Shown in pieces: positions 19,412 through 27,882 of a stretch of 64,000 nucleotides of DNA; position 1 is the stretch's first letter; the number at the start of each line of letters is the position of its first letter. Origin of the DNA: Minisyncoccota bacterium (GTDB taxonomy: Bacteria; Patescibacteriota; Minisyncoccia; Phycocordibacterales; JBAYGS01); contig JBAYGS010000001.1 in the NCBI GenBank assembly GCA_041666545.1, forward strand, positions 89,942 through 153,941, given 5' to 3'. The position numbers and the translations under genes are program-made. Under the pieces are notes generated by a model. It was not told where the DNA came from, made no database searches, and saw only the letters and a list, made by a program, of their open reading frames with translations.

Positions 19412-20122
19412 TTAGCAGGCTTCGCCCAAAAACAGAAAGCCGTCACGGGTTTTGCCGTCTCTAATCCGCAAGGAAGTCTGAAACCATCGGTTAACTTCCT
19501 CATCATCAGACTTCGGTATCTCATCGTACAGGCACTGACTGTAGAGGTCATGTGACACGAAGGTTTGCTCATTGAAGCTACCGTTTCGGTCGCTCATGAG
19601 CACCTTTGCAGATTTTCGCCACTCGGCAGGAACAATTGGACTGGCCGGGTTTGCGGAAACCCTTTTGCAAAGTTTCCGCAAAAAACAGAACATGACGGGA
19701 TTTTGGGTGGTAAACCCAATCTTCCGAAGTCCAGACTCTGCGAACAGTGTCTTAACTGTCGCAATACCAACACCGCGAGTCTTGTGTTGTTTCCCAATCA
19801 AAACCCCAAACAGATAGAAGAGATCATGCTCTGAATGAAGATTGGCCGAGGCAAACCCGAGCACATCCGTGTCGGAATAGGCCAAGGCAAGCATGTCTCC
19901 ATCCTGCGTATGCTCCTTCACATCGTCATAAAAGCCCCGGCTTTCAGGACGGCCGAAACTAGATATTCCAGTTCGGTAGAGTTTTTCCAGCAGGGCCTCT
20001 GAGAAATCCTTTGGAGCTCTGCTGAAAGCTAGTTTAGGTTTTGCCAGCACCCCTACGCTGAAACCTCGAAACTTGACTTCTTTTCCACTACCAGCCAAAA
20101 CAAAATCGCTTGGCGTCTTCAT
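19412..20122 (-). CDS. GNAT-like acyltransferase of unknown function
   Basis: VLGFAS strand, GVLI...HKTRGVG (Q/RxxGxG-like), TTQNP; GAGGAG RBS. Confidence 0.65.
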   Translation of the reverse strand: MKTPSDFVLAGSGKEVKFRGFSVGVLAKPKLAFSRAPKDFSEALLEKLYRTGISSFGRPESRGFYDDVKEHTQDGDMLALAYSDTDVLGFASANLHSEHDLFYLFGVLIGKQHKTRGVGIATVKTLFAESGLRKIGFTTQNPVMFCFLRKLCKRVSANPASPIVPAEWRKSAKVLMSDRNGSFNEQTFVSHDLYSQCLYDEIPKSDDEEVNRWFQTSLRIRDGKTRDGFLFLGEAC

Positions 20123-20177
20123 AATTGCTCCTCGATTGACGAAGATTTTAAGGAACTATTGCGGCAGTTTCTTGCCC

Positions 20178-20442
20178 AAAAGCAAGAATCCGCCCTTATA
20201 ACACAATCCAATGATTATGTACTAAGGGCGGATTACCGCGGTGCCACCTTATTTGCAAAAAGGTATTCCTTTCTGCCACTTCGCTGTCTTACGCCACTTC
20301 AGGCAAACAACAGCATTCCTGATAACGGGGGAGTCCGGATTTCCACTATCGCAGAAATCACTTTCGCTACCAACTATCTTACAGTCGGCAGCAAATTTCG
20401 ACCCAGCCCTCGGAAACATTTCGCCGAGGATCGAAATAAGTT
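20178..20442 (-). ncRNA. T-box riboswitch (transcriptional) upstream of the GNAT-like gene
   Basis: AAUAAGG-UGGCACC-GCGG-UAAU-CCGC-CCUUA antiterminator (bulge 20240-20246); overlapping terminator AAUCCGCCCUUA...UAAGGGCGGAUU; Stem IIA/B CGG-ACUCCC-CCG-UUAUCA-GGA; promoter TTGACA(20478)-18-TAAACT. Confidence 0.8.
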
Positions 20443-20531
20443 TGTTTAAGTTTACTTGAATCCAACTCTTGGTGTCAACTTGACTTTTGTCTTCCAGATG
20501 ATAAGGTTCGGACAGGAAAGGACAATAACAA

Positions 20532-21902
20532 ATGAAAACGAAAGCCGTTCCGATTACCGAAATTAGTGAAATCCGTCGAATTCTCTGCCCACCAAATCTG
20601 GACCGTTCTGAACTGTTGGCGTCCAGGAGACAAGGGTCTCCTGAGCTAAAAGTCGAACAGGAAGTGCGAGCCATGAAATCTGTCACTTTCCACTGTGGAA
20701 AGTGTAAGGTCAATACGTGTGGCATCGAAAATGATCCTGGTGCCTCTGTCCGCCACTGTCCAGGCTGCAATTCAATCTTGATGCTCTGCCCGGTCTGCCA
20801 CAAGGCAACATCTGGCACGGAAAAATTCAAGATTCTCATCTGCGACAGTTGCCACACAGAGTTTGTCACCGACACAACAGTCCAATCGCTTATCGATATG
20901 GACCGCAAATCTCGACAAGTGGTACTCTCTGGAATCCGGGCGACCAACCGTCTTCACCTGGGAAATTTCCTGGGTGCAATCCGACAGTTCGTCCAGTATT
21001 CAACAGGCGACAACCTGTGTCTCTATTTCATTGCCGATTGGCACACTCTGACGACCTGTCAGGATGCCGCCACCGTTACCGGCAACAGTGTTGAAATCGC
21101 CATGAATTACATCGCCGCAGGACTCGATCCGGAGCGATCAATCATCTACGCGCAGTCCAGTGTTCCAGAAATTGCCGAGCTTGCCCTGTATCTTTCGATG
21201 ATTCAGGACAAAGGTGAACTCGAAGTTCTGCCGACACTCAAGGATCTGCTCCGTGGTGGTGCCAACATGAATCTGGGCCATCTCTCTTACCCGGTCCTCA
21301 TGGCTGCCGACATCCTGGGTCCAAAGGCGACCTTAGTGCCGGTTGGTTCTGATCAGATTCCAAATGTTGAATTGGCGCGTCGTTTGGCGAAGAAGTTCAA
21401 CCGCCGTTTCGGCCAGACCTTCGTGATTCCCGAAATCGGAGAGCAGAAGGTTAAGATCCCGGGCCTCGGTGGCGGTAAAATGGCCAAGTCAGACGAAAGT
21501 TCCTGCATCTTCATTGATGACGCCGCTGAGGTTGTGGCGAAAAAGTATGCCAAGCACGGAGTCACCGACAAGAACAAGGTCAAACGCGACGATTCCGGTG
21601 TTCCCGAAAATTGTGCCTCAATCTATCCGGTCTACCAAGTCCTTCTTGGGGAGGAGTCCTCCTTGCTTCAAGAAGTTGCAAACGGATGTAGGGTCGGTTC
21701 GCGAACCTGCCAGGAGTGCAAGGCTGAACTCGCCAAAATGGTGAACTCAATTCTTGAACCAGTTCGCGTCAAACGCCGCGAACTGGGGGGGAAGAGGGAA
21801 TTCGTCCGTGAAGTCCTGCACTTCGGTGGCTTAAAAGCCCGTGAGATAATTCGGCCGACCCTCGAGCTGGTTCGAGAAAAGCTCGGTATCATCGCGCCTT
21901 AG
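20532..21902 (+). CDS. Tryptophan--tRNA ligase paralogue with N-terminal multi-CxxC Zn-ribbon extension
   Basis: SGIRAT..LHLGN, IADWH, YPVLMAADIL, VPVG.DQ, KMAKS; N-terminal CGKC/CPGC/CPVC/CDSC. Confidence 0.85.
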   Translation: MKTKAVPITEISEIRRILCPPNLDRSELLASRRQGSPELKVEQEVRAMKSVTFHCGKCKVNTCGIENDPGASVRHCPGCNSILMLCPVCHKATSGTEKFKILICDSCHTEFVTDTTVQSLIDMDRKSRQVVLSGIRATNRLHLGNFLGAIRQFVQYSTGDNLCLYFIADWHTLTTCQDAATVTGNSVEIAMNYIAAGLDPERSIIYAQSSVPEIAELALYLSMIQDKGELEVLPTLKDLLRGGANMNLGHLSYPVLMAADILGPKATLVPVGSDQIPNVELARRLAKKFNRRFGQTFVIPEIGEQKVKIPGLGGGKMAKSDESSCIFIDDAAEVVAKKYAKHGVTDKNKVKRDDSGVPENCASIYPVYQVLLGEESSLLQEVANGCRVGSRTCQECKAELAKMVNSILEPVRVKRRELGGKREFVREVLHFGGLKAREIIRPTLELVREKLGIIAP

Positions 21903-22028
21903 TTCACTCAGTTCATCTAGCCCCGCGAAGCAATTCACGGGGTTTTTAATTTGCCAAATCAGCTTGACACACTGTGTGCGAGCGCTAAACTTTACGGTAG
22001 AGGAACATACCAAGAAAGGACAGACGTT

Positions 22029-22205
22029 ATGAGTGCAACCTCAACCGAGCCGAAAGTCACCAGTGATGGCCGTTTGTTCTATTGCAAAACACTCGACCAG
22101 TGGTTTAGCATCGAGGCCATCGAAGCTGATCCGCATTTGAGCCTGCAGGAAGACGAGACGGTGAAATTTTCGCCGAGCGCCGACAAGGAGGCATCCGTAG
22201 CCTAA
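22029..22205 (+). CDS. Small hypothetical protein
   Basis: TTGACA..TAAACT promoter and GAAAGGA RBS before ATG 22029. Confidence 0.5.
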   Translation: MSATSTEPKVTSDGRLFYCKTLDQWFSIEAIEADPHLSLQEDETVKFSPSADKEASVA

Positions 22206-22292
22206 TTTGGCCATTTCCACCAAGCCCCGCCGCCCTAAAACCTAGTGGCGGCTTTTAATTTTCGAGGACTAATCATCTGCTATAATCAAAAC

Positions 22293-22790
22293 ATGGAAAT
22301 CAAATCGACTTTCACAAATCAGGCCAATCAGGTTCTAGATGTGATTTATCGCGAGGCCAACCCGACCAATAGGCTCGAAGGTAGAATTGTGCAAGGCGTC
22401 CACGCCTTCTGTTTCTGCGAAGGCAAATTTGTCCTGGTCTACAATGGAGAAAAGGGAAGTTGGACGCCACCAGGTGGTGGCATCGAGCCAGGCGAAACCT
22501 TTGAAGAAGCCGTCACTCGCGAGGTCAAGGAGGAAACGAATATGCGCGTTTTACAGCAGAAATTTATCGGTTATCAAGATGTCTTCGAGCCAACAAAAAT
22601 TGTCAGACAGACCCGTTCGGTTTGTCTCGTTGAGCCTTTTGGCGACTTCATCTCCGACCCGGACGGAGACATCACTGAAATCAAGCTTATCGACCCTTCC
22701 GACTATAAAAAATACTTCGACTGGGGAGCGGTTGGCAGTCACCTCATGTCCAAGGCTATAAAGATCGCAAACAGTCTCAAGAAGGAATAA
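22293..22790 (+). CDS. NUDIX hydrolase
   Basis: GGGIEPGETFEEAVTREVKEET Nudix box; TATAAT just upstream (leaderless). Confidence 0.9.
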   Translation: MEIKSTFTNQANQVLDVIYREANPTNRLEGRIVQGVHAFCFCEGKFVLVYNGEKGSWTPPGGGIEPGETFEEAVTREVKEETNMRVLQQKFIGYQDVFEPTKIVRQTRSVCLVEPFGDFISDPDGDITEIKLIDPSDYKKYFDWGAVGSHLMSKAIKIANSLKKE

Positions 22791-22798
22791 AAGCGCCT

Positions 22799-22896
22799 CA
22801 CTACTCACCACCCACCACTCACTACTCACTACTCACTACTCACTACTCACTACTCACTACTCACTACTCACTACTCACTACTCACTACTCACTACT
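22799..22896. repeat. Heptamer tandem repeat (CACTACT)n, 14 units with 11 consecutive perfect copies
   Basis: Read directly; perfect run 22820-22896. Confidence 0.95.
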
Positions 22897-22933
22897 TACC
22901 CCCTCACACTATCCACATTTTGTCTATGGGCTT

Positions 22934-22957
22934 ATTCGCGCGAATGGTAGAATAGAT
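22934..22957 (+). promoter_or_regulatory. Palindrome ATTCGCGCGAAT abutting an extended -10 (TGGTAGAAT); candidate ArsR operator
   Basis: Identical 24-mer at 24100-24123; palindrome also at 23260-23271. Confidence 0.6.
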
Positions 22958-23012
22958 GAGGGGGTCGAGAGTAGATAACAGAGAGCAAATGTAAATTGAA
23001 GTAAAGAATAAA

Positions 23013-23273
23013 ATGAATAATTTGGAAAAAATTTTAAAAGCTGTGGCAAATAAACGACGCATCGCCATTATTAAATATTTAGCGCTAAACAAAGAGGCGA
23101 GTGTGAGCGACATTTCGACCATAATCAAGCTCTCATTCAAGGCCACCTCCAAGCACCTGGGCGTTCTATACGCGGCTGATATTGTTGAAAAGGAACAGCG
23201 AAGTCTGCAAATGTTCTACCGTCTGGCCAGCACTCATCCGGTCATTAAATATATCTCTGATTCGCGCGAATAG
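23013..23273 (+). CDS. ArsR/SmtB-family wHTH regulator
   Basis: LKAVANKRR..I...L, S.KATSKHL..L..A.IV. Confidence 0.88.
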   Translation: MNNLEKILKAVANKRRIAIIKYLALNKEASVSDISTIIKLSFKATSKHLGVLYAADIVEKEQRSLQMFYRLASTHPVIKYISDSRE

Positions 23274-23401
23274 GCGAATAATAAGGTGGCGGTGAATTTT
23301 TGGGTGCAGACAAAATCTCGCGTCCGAAAAAACAAGACAAGAAAGTCAGGATCTGGTATAATTTTGGCACAGTCAGCCACGAAATACCCATCCTATTCAG
23401 A

Positions 23402-24100
23402 ATGAATCGATTTTTTTTAATTTCACCTTTGGTATTACAGACTCTGATTTGGCCGATTACTCGACCAGTTTTTCGTTTTTTTCTGCACCTCAAAATCGAC
23501 GGGGTGGAAAATCTAAAGTCTGTCACGAATAACCACGGCCTGATTTTTGCTTGCAATCACTCAAGTGAGCTTGATCCGATTCTCGTGCCGGCCAGCTTAC
23601 CGTTTCTATCACGATTGATGCCGATGTTTTACACCTCACGAGAGCAGAAGTTCTATCAGAACAGCGGCTGGCGACAAATATTCTACGGTGGACTATTTTT
23701 CAAAATTTGGGGCTCGCACGCGCTTCATTCGGGAAAACACAACTACGCCGAATCACTCCAAGACCACATTAAGATTTTGGGCCATGGTAAAAGTTTACTG
23801 ATTTTCCCCGAAGGCCGAAAAACTAAAGACGGCCAAATGCAGGAAGGGCACGGGGGAGTGGCTTTTTTGTCGCACACTCTCGACATTCCGATTGTGCCGG
23901 TACACATCAGTGGCCATTTCCAAATCTCCCTTTCAGATTTCCTACTCCGCCGACGCCACGTCAAGGTTGCATTTGGAAAAGCGATGAATCAGTCAGATGT
24001 TTTCGCTGGTATTCAATCACCATCAAGTCCAGACGGTAACGCCGAATATTTTAAATCTGCCGCCCAGAGTGTCATGCTTGAAATCAGCAAACTCGGCTAA
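23402..24100 (+). CDS. Lysophospholipid acyltransferase (PlsC family), copy 2
   Basis: NHSSELD, IFPEGRK; shares FY..SGWR.IFYGGL.F with copy 1. Confidence 0.85.
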   Translation: MNRFFLISPLVLQTLIWPITRPVFRFFLHLKIDGVENLKSVTNNHGLIFACNHSSELDPILVPASLPFLSRLMPMFYTSREQKFYQNSGWRQIFYGGLFFKIWGSHALHSGKHNYAESLQDHIKILGHGKSLLIFPEGRKTKDGQMQEGHGGVAFLSHTLDIPIVPVHISGHFQISLSDFLLRRRHVKVAFGKAMNQSDVFAGIQSPSSPDGNAEYFKSAAQSVMLEISKLG

Positions 24101-24123
24101 TTCGCGCGAATGGTAGAATAGAT

Positions 24124-24609
24124 ATGTACCCAAAAAAGCAAACGAAAATCATCGAAGATTTTTACGATACAGACCAACAATCTATTAAGCTATTTAGACT
24201 AGGGAAGTTGTCTGGACCAGAATTAGAAAAAATAAACCAAGAAAGCACAGAGACACTTAAGCAGATTATCGCTGAATATGGTTTTCCGTTTAGAAACGTG
24301 GCCTCAGAAAAGGCCTACTTAAGCGCCTTTTTAATTACACAGCACTCCTGCGACCACGGCTTTATGGGCAAGGTAATTGAAATATTTTTAAAAGCAAACA
24401 ATGAGCAGATTCGTCGAAAGGATTTGGGGTATCTGATTGACCGACTGAGAATTTTAAAAAATCTCCCCCAGCTCTACGGCACGCAATACAAGAAAAATGG
24501 CGACGATGTTCAGTTCCTGCCAATCGAGGACGAGGCAAACCTAGAAAAACGCCGCGCCGATTTGGAAATGGGCAGTTGGGACGATTATAAAAAACTAATT
24601 CGCGGTTAG
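24124..24609 (+). CDS. DUF6624-like protein
   Basis: LK.II..YGFP, AFLITQH, YLIDR......PQLYGTQ, RRA.L.M. Confidence 0.7.
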   Translation: MYPKKQTKIIEDFYDTDQQSIKLFRLGKLSGPELEKINQESTETLKQIIAEYGFPFRNVASEKAYLSAFLITQHSCDHGFMGKVIEIFLKANNEQIRRKDLGYLIDRLRILKNLPQLYGTQYKKNGDDVQFLPIEDEANLEKRRADLEMGSWDDYKKLIRG

Positions 24610-24677
24610 GGTCGGTATAACCAAGTGATTTATAAAATTGCGTGGTCGGTTTCAGAAAAAAGGGGAAGAGTCTGAAA

Positions 24678-24837
24678 ATTTGATATATACCCTCATGCTA
24701 AGCCAAAGAGCGATTGAGAAGATGTTGAGTATTAAAGAGGGGACTCGAATTACGGCCGAGGAGATGGCCAAGAGTTTGAAGATGGCCTTTTAATTAAAAT
24801 TTTGACTTTCCGCATGAATTTTGAAGAGCAGTTTTAG
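24678..24837 (+). repeat. Diverged direct repeat copy 1 (promoter, 32-aa ORF, truncated hydrolase start)
   Basis: Matches 26890-27037; ORF MLSQRAIEKMLSIKEGTRITAEEMAK.. at 24695-24793; ATGAATTTTGAAGAGCAGTTTTAG mirrors the hydrolase start. Confidence 0.85.
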
Positions 24838-24971
24838 AATTTTTGCTGGTTGTTGGAACAATATTGCTCATGTTGACAGTAATATATAGAGTACTTATAC
24901 TTAACATCAGAGAACCGTAAATGCGGTTACTCCTAACAACCAGTCAAACCCCAAATGGTGAGGAAATCAGT

Positions 24972-25181
24972 ATGATAAGCAGACCAGTCCCCGACAGCTC
25001 TTTTGTGAAATCGAGCTACAGCCAGCCAGGAGGAATCATCAATTGTGTTGCCGTGGCCCGCACCCCCGATGTGGTGGCGGTTCGCGACACAAAGGATCCT
25101 TCCAAAACAACCCTCGCATTTACACACTCCGAATGGAAGGCGTTTTTGCAAGGAGTTCGTGCCGGTGAATTCGACATCTGA
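24972..25181 (+). CDS. DUF397-domain protein
   Basis: KSSYS....NCVAVA....VAVRDTKDP....L.F...EW.AFL.GVR.GEF signature. Confidence 0.85.
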   Translation: MISRPVPDSSFVKSSYSQPGGIINCVAVARTPDVVAVRDTKDPSKTTLAFTHSEWKAFLQGVRAGEFDI

Positions 25182-25256
25182 ACGACGACACGGATACTAA
25201 AGGGCACGCGAAAAACGTGCTCTTTATATTTTCAAATAGATATCGGAAAAATAAAA

Positions 25257-26867
25257 ATGATGATTAAAGTCAAAAATATTTCAAAAAGCTACGGAACACT
25301 CGTTGCTCTCAATGAGATATCTTTTTGTCTGGAAGATAGATGGAAAGTCGCGCTTGTCGGACCAAACGGCACAGGGAAAACTACTTTGCTCAAAATTCTT
25401 GCTGGCATAGAAGATTATGATGGTGGCTCGATCAAATACCCAGCCAAAATTCGAATTGGTTATTTGCCTCAAGATGTAAGTTTTGTCGAAGAGATGACAA
25501 TACTCTCATATATTCATCTTGTGTCTGACTTTGGAAATAAGGCTGGGAGCAAAGCGGCTGAATATAATTTTGAGCATCAAATGAAACTGGTACTGGCAGG
25601 TTTTGGTTTGGGTGACATTTCTCTAGACAGAGAGCTTTCAAGTTTAAGTAGTGGGCAGAAAACAAAAATTGCGCTTACTGGATTGCTACTTAAAGACGTT
25701 GACCTTTTGCTGCTTGATGAACCGACCAATAATCTTGACATACCCTCTCTCATTTGGCTTGAGGATTTTCTTAAAAAATCCCACGCAATTTACATTGTCG
25801 TCTCCCACGATAAACGCTTCTTGGATAACGTGACTAGTAGAGTTTTGGAGCTGGATTGGGCGAAACATACTATAACCGCAGAAAAAGGCAGTTATAGTTC
25901 CTACCTCGAAAGAAAATTAAAGTTGATTAAGCGACAAAAGGAATCATATCTATCTCAGCAACAGGAAATTGAACGACTTACGCTGGAGGCAAAAAAAAGA
26001 AAAGAAAAATCTGCTAAGGGCACACGCTGGACGGGGACGGACAACGATAAGTTTTTAAGAGGTTTCAAACGGGAACAAGCTGGTAAATCAGGGCGGGGGG
26101 CTAAGACGTTGGAAAAGCGAATTGAACAGATGGAAGAAATTGAAAAGATTGAAGAAAAAATCCCGCTCAATATCAACCTAGAAGCTATACATTCAGGTGC
26201 ACAGGCGGATATCAATCTGGTCGATGCGGTGGCGCGCTATGCTAGTGGTTTTTCCGTTGGCCCTGTTTCTCTGGAGATTAGATACGGTAAACGAATTGGC
26301 CTAGTCGGAGAAAATGGTTCGGGCAAATCGACCTTGCTCAAAATTATTTCGGGAGAAACTATGCCTAAAAGTGGCCAGACTAGCATTGGTTCAGGAGTTC
26401 GTGTCGGCAATATGATGCAGGAACATAACAATCTTCCACGAACCGAAATGGTGATGACCTTTTTAATGCAAAAGACAGGACTTGCCGAGAATGAGATTTA
26501 CAACGCTTTAGTAAAAATTGGTTTCTCTGAGAGAAATATTCGAGGTCAGATTTCAGAATTAAGCCCAGGTGCCCGTGCCCGACTTTCGCTCACAATATTC
26601 TCTCTACTCTCTGTAAATGTCTTGATCCTAGACGAGCCGACAAATCATCTGGACATTGAAGCCACCGCAGTTTTGGAAGAGTTACTTAAAAAGTATGAAG
26701 GAACGGTTATTTTAGTCTCTCATGATCGTTATTTTCTTGAAAAAACGCGACTGGATTCTATCTATCTACTCGAACACAAAATTATCAGAAGAATTTCAGG
26801 CCTACAGGAATATACTGCTCAAGCCGAAAAAGATGCACAAAAATTATTAAAAAAATTAGCTTTCTAA
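25257..26867 (+). CDS. ABC-F family ATPase (ribosome-associated)
   Basis: Two ABC domains (GPNGTGKT, GENGSGKS; LDEPTN twice), no TM segments. Confidence 0.92.
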   Translation: MMIKVKNISKSYGTLVALNEISFCLEDRWKVALVGPNGTGKTTLLKILAGIEDYDGGSIKYPAKIRIGYLPQDVSFVEEMTILSYIHLVSDFGNKAGSKAAEYNFEHQMKLVLAGFGLGDISLDRELSSLSSGQKTKIALTGLLLKDVDLLLLDEPTNNLDIPSLIWLEDFLKKSHAIYIVVSHDKRFLDNVTSRVLELDWAKHTITAEKGSYSSYLERKLKLIKRQKESYLSQQQEIERLTLEAKKRKEKSAKGTRWTGTDNDKFLRGFKREQAGKSGRGAKTLEKRIEQMEEIEKIEEKIPLNINLEAIHSGAQADINLVDAVARYASGFSVGPVSLEIRYGKRIGLVGENGSGKSTLLKIISGETMPKSGQTSIGSGVRVGNMMQEHNNLPRTEMVMTFLMQKTGLAENEIYNALVKIGFSERNIRGQISELSPGARARLSLTIFSLLSVNVLILDEPTNHLDIEATAVLEELLKKYEGTVILVSHDRYFLEKTRLDSIYLLEHKIIRRISGLQEYTAQAEKDAQKLLKKLAF

Positions 26868-26889
26868 ATTTTTCGGCAGAAAGATAGGG

Positions 26890-27037
26890 ATTTGATATAA
26901 TACCCCCATGCTAAGCCAAAGAGCGATTGAGGAAATGCTGGGGATTAAAGAGGGGACTCAGGTCACAGCCGAGGAGATGGCGAAATTATAATCAGAATTT
27001 TTGAATTTGCAGTATGAATTTCGAAGAGCAGTTTCGG
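26890..27037 (+). repeat. Diverged direct repeat copy 2 (extended -10, 27-aa ORF at 26908-26991, hydrolase start)
   Basis: TGATATAAT then MLSQRAIEEMLGIKEGTQVTAEEMAKL. Confidence 0.85.
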
Positions 27038-27829
27038 AAAAAATTTTCAGTAACTGTCCGCGGTAAAAACATTTACTTTGTGGATGTTGCCCCAAATCAA
27101 GCGGTCGAGGTGCCGATTTTTTTGGGACCCGGTTGGGGAGAGACACCGAATACCTTTAAGGATACCATCCGGGTGTTATTTGAGGCCGGATTTCGGGTTT
27201 TATGTGTTGAACATTCAAGGCAGGATCTGAAATTGATTACAAAGGGCAATTTGCCTCATCTGGAATTACAAAAAGCTGAGACTATCCTGCAAATACTGGA
27301 GGCGCAGAAAGTGGACGCAGTCAGCCTGATTGCTCATTCTGAAGGAGCTATTAATTGTATTATATCGGCTTCGCTCCGGCCGGAACTTTTTCGGAACATG
27401 ATTCTAGTTGGACCCTGTGGCCTGATGCGAGAAGAGACATTCATTAAACTAGTTGGCCGTTTTATTCTGAACCTATTGGAGGGGGTGGCTAGAGCCGCTA
27501 GAGAACCGGCGGCCCGCGTTCGATTGTTGCGATCTGCTGAAGAAACCGCAAAATATTTTCTTAAGAACCCGATTATGGGCCTACTTGAGGGCGGAGCCAT
27601 TTCTCATACCAAGCTTTTGGTTCTTTTAGAAAAACTATACCGAAGCGGTCTCAAGGCTGTAATCATTCACGGCTCTGACGATTGGGTTTTCCCAATTAAA
27701 GGGATGCGAGACCTTAGAAATTTAAGCTACATAGACTTTCATTTGGTTAAAGGCGACCATCATGATATTTATGCCAATCCAAAAAATTACCTATCATTCT
27801 TTAAGGACAGTCTCGCTAAGACAAATTGA
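27014..27829 (+). CDS. Alpha/beta hydrolase
   Basis: PGWG oxyanion loop, AHSEG nucleophile elbow, HGSDD, GDHH. Confidence 0.85.
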   Translation: MNFEEQFRKKFSVTVRGKNIYFVDVAPNQAVEVPIFLGPGWGETPNTFKDTIRVLFEAGFRVLCVEHSRQDLKLITKGNLPHLELQKAETILQILEAQKVDAVSLIAHSEGAINCIISASLRPELFRNMILVGPCGLMREETFIKLVGRFILNLLEGVARAAREPAARVRLLRSAEETAKYFLKNPIMGLLEGGAISHTKLLVLLEKLYRSGLKAVIIHGSDDWVFPIKGMRDLRNLSYIDFHLVKGDHHDIYANPKNYLSFFKDSLAKTN

Positions 27830-27882
27830 GCGTTTAGGTTATCCGTTTACCACGTGAGCCTGGTTTGATATCATTGATTGAT

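Noticed and set aside
20249-20947. 232-aa minus-strand ORF
   Set aside because: Antisense to the TrpRS paralogue and overlaps the T-box leader; no recognisable motifs.
22799-22896. CRISPR array or coding repeat (ORF 22551-22829)
   Set aside because: Simple heptamer tandem without spacers; the ORF is antisense to the NUDIX gene.
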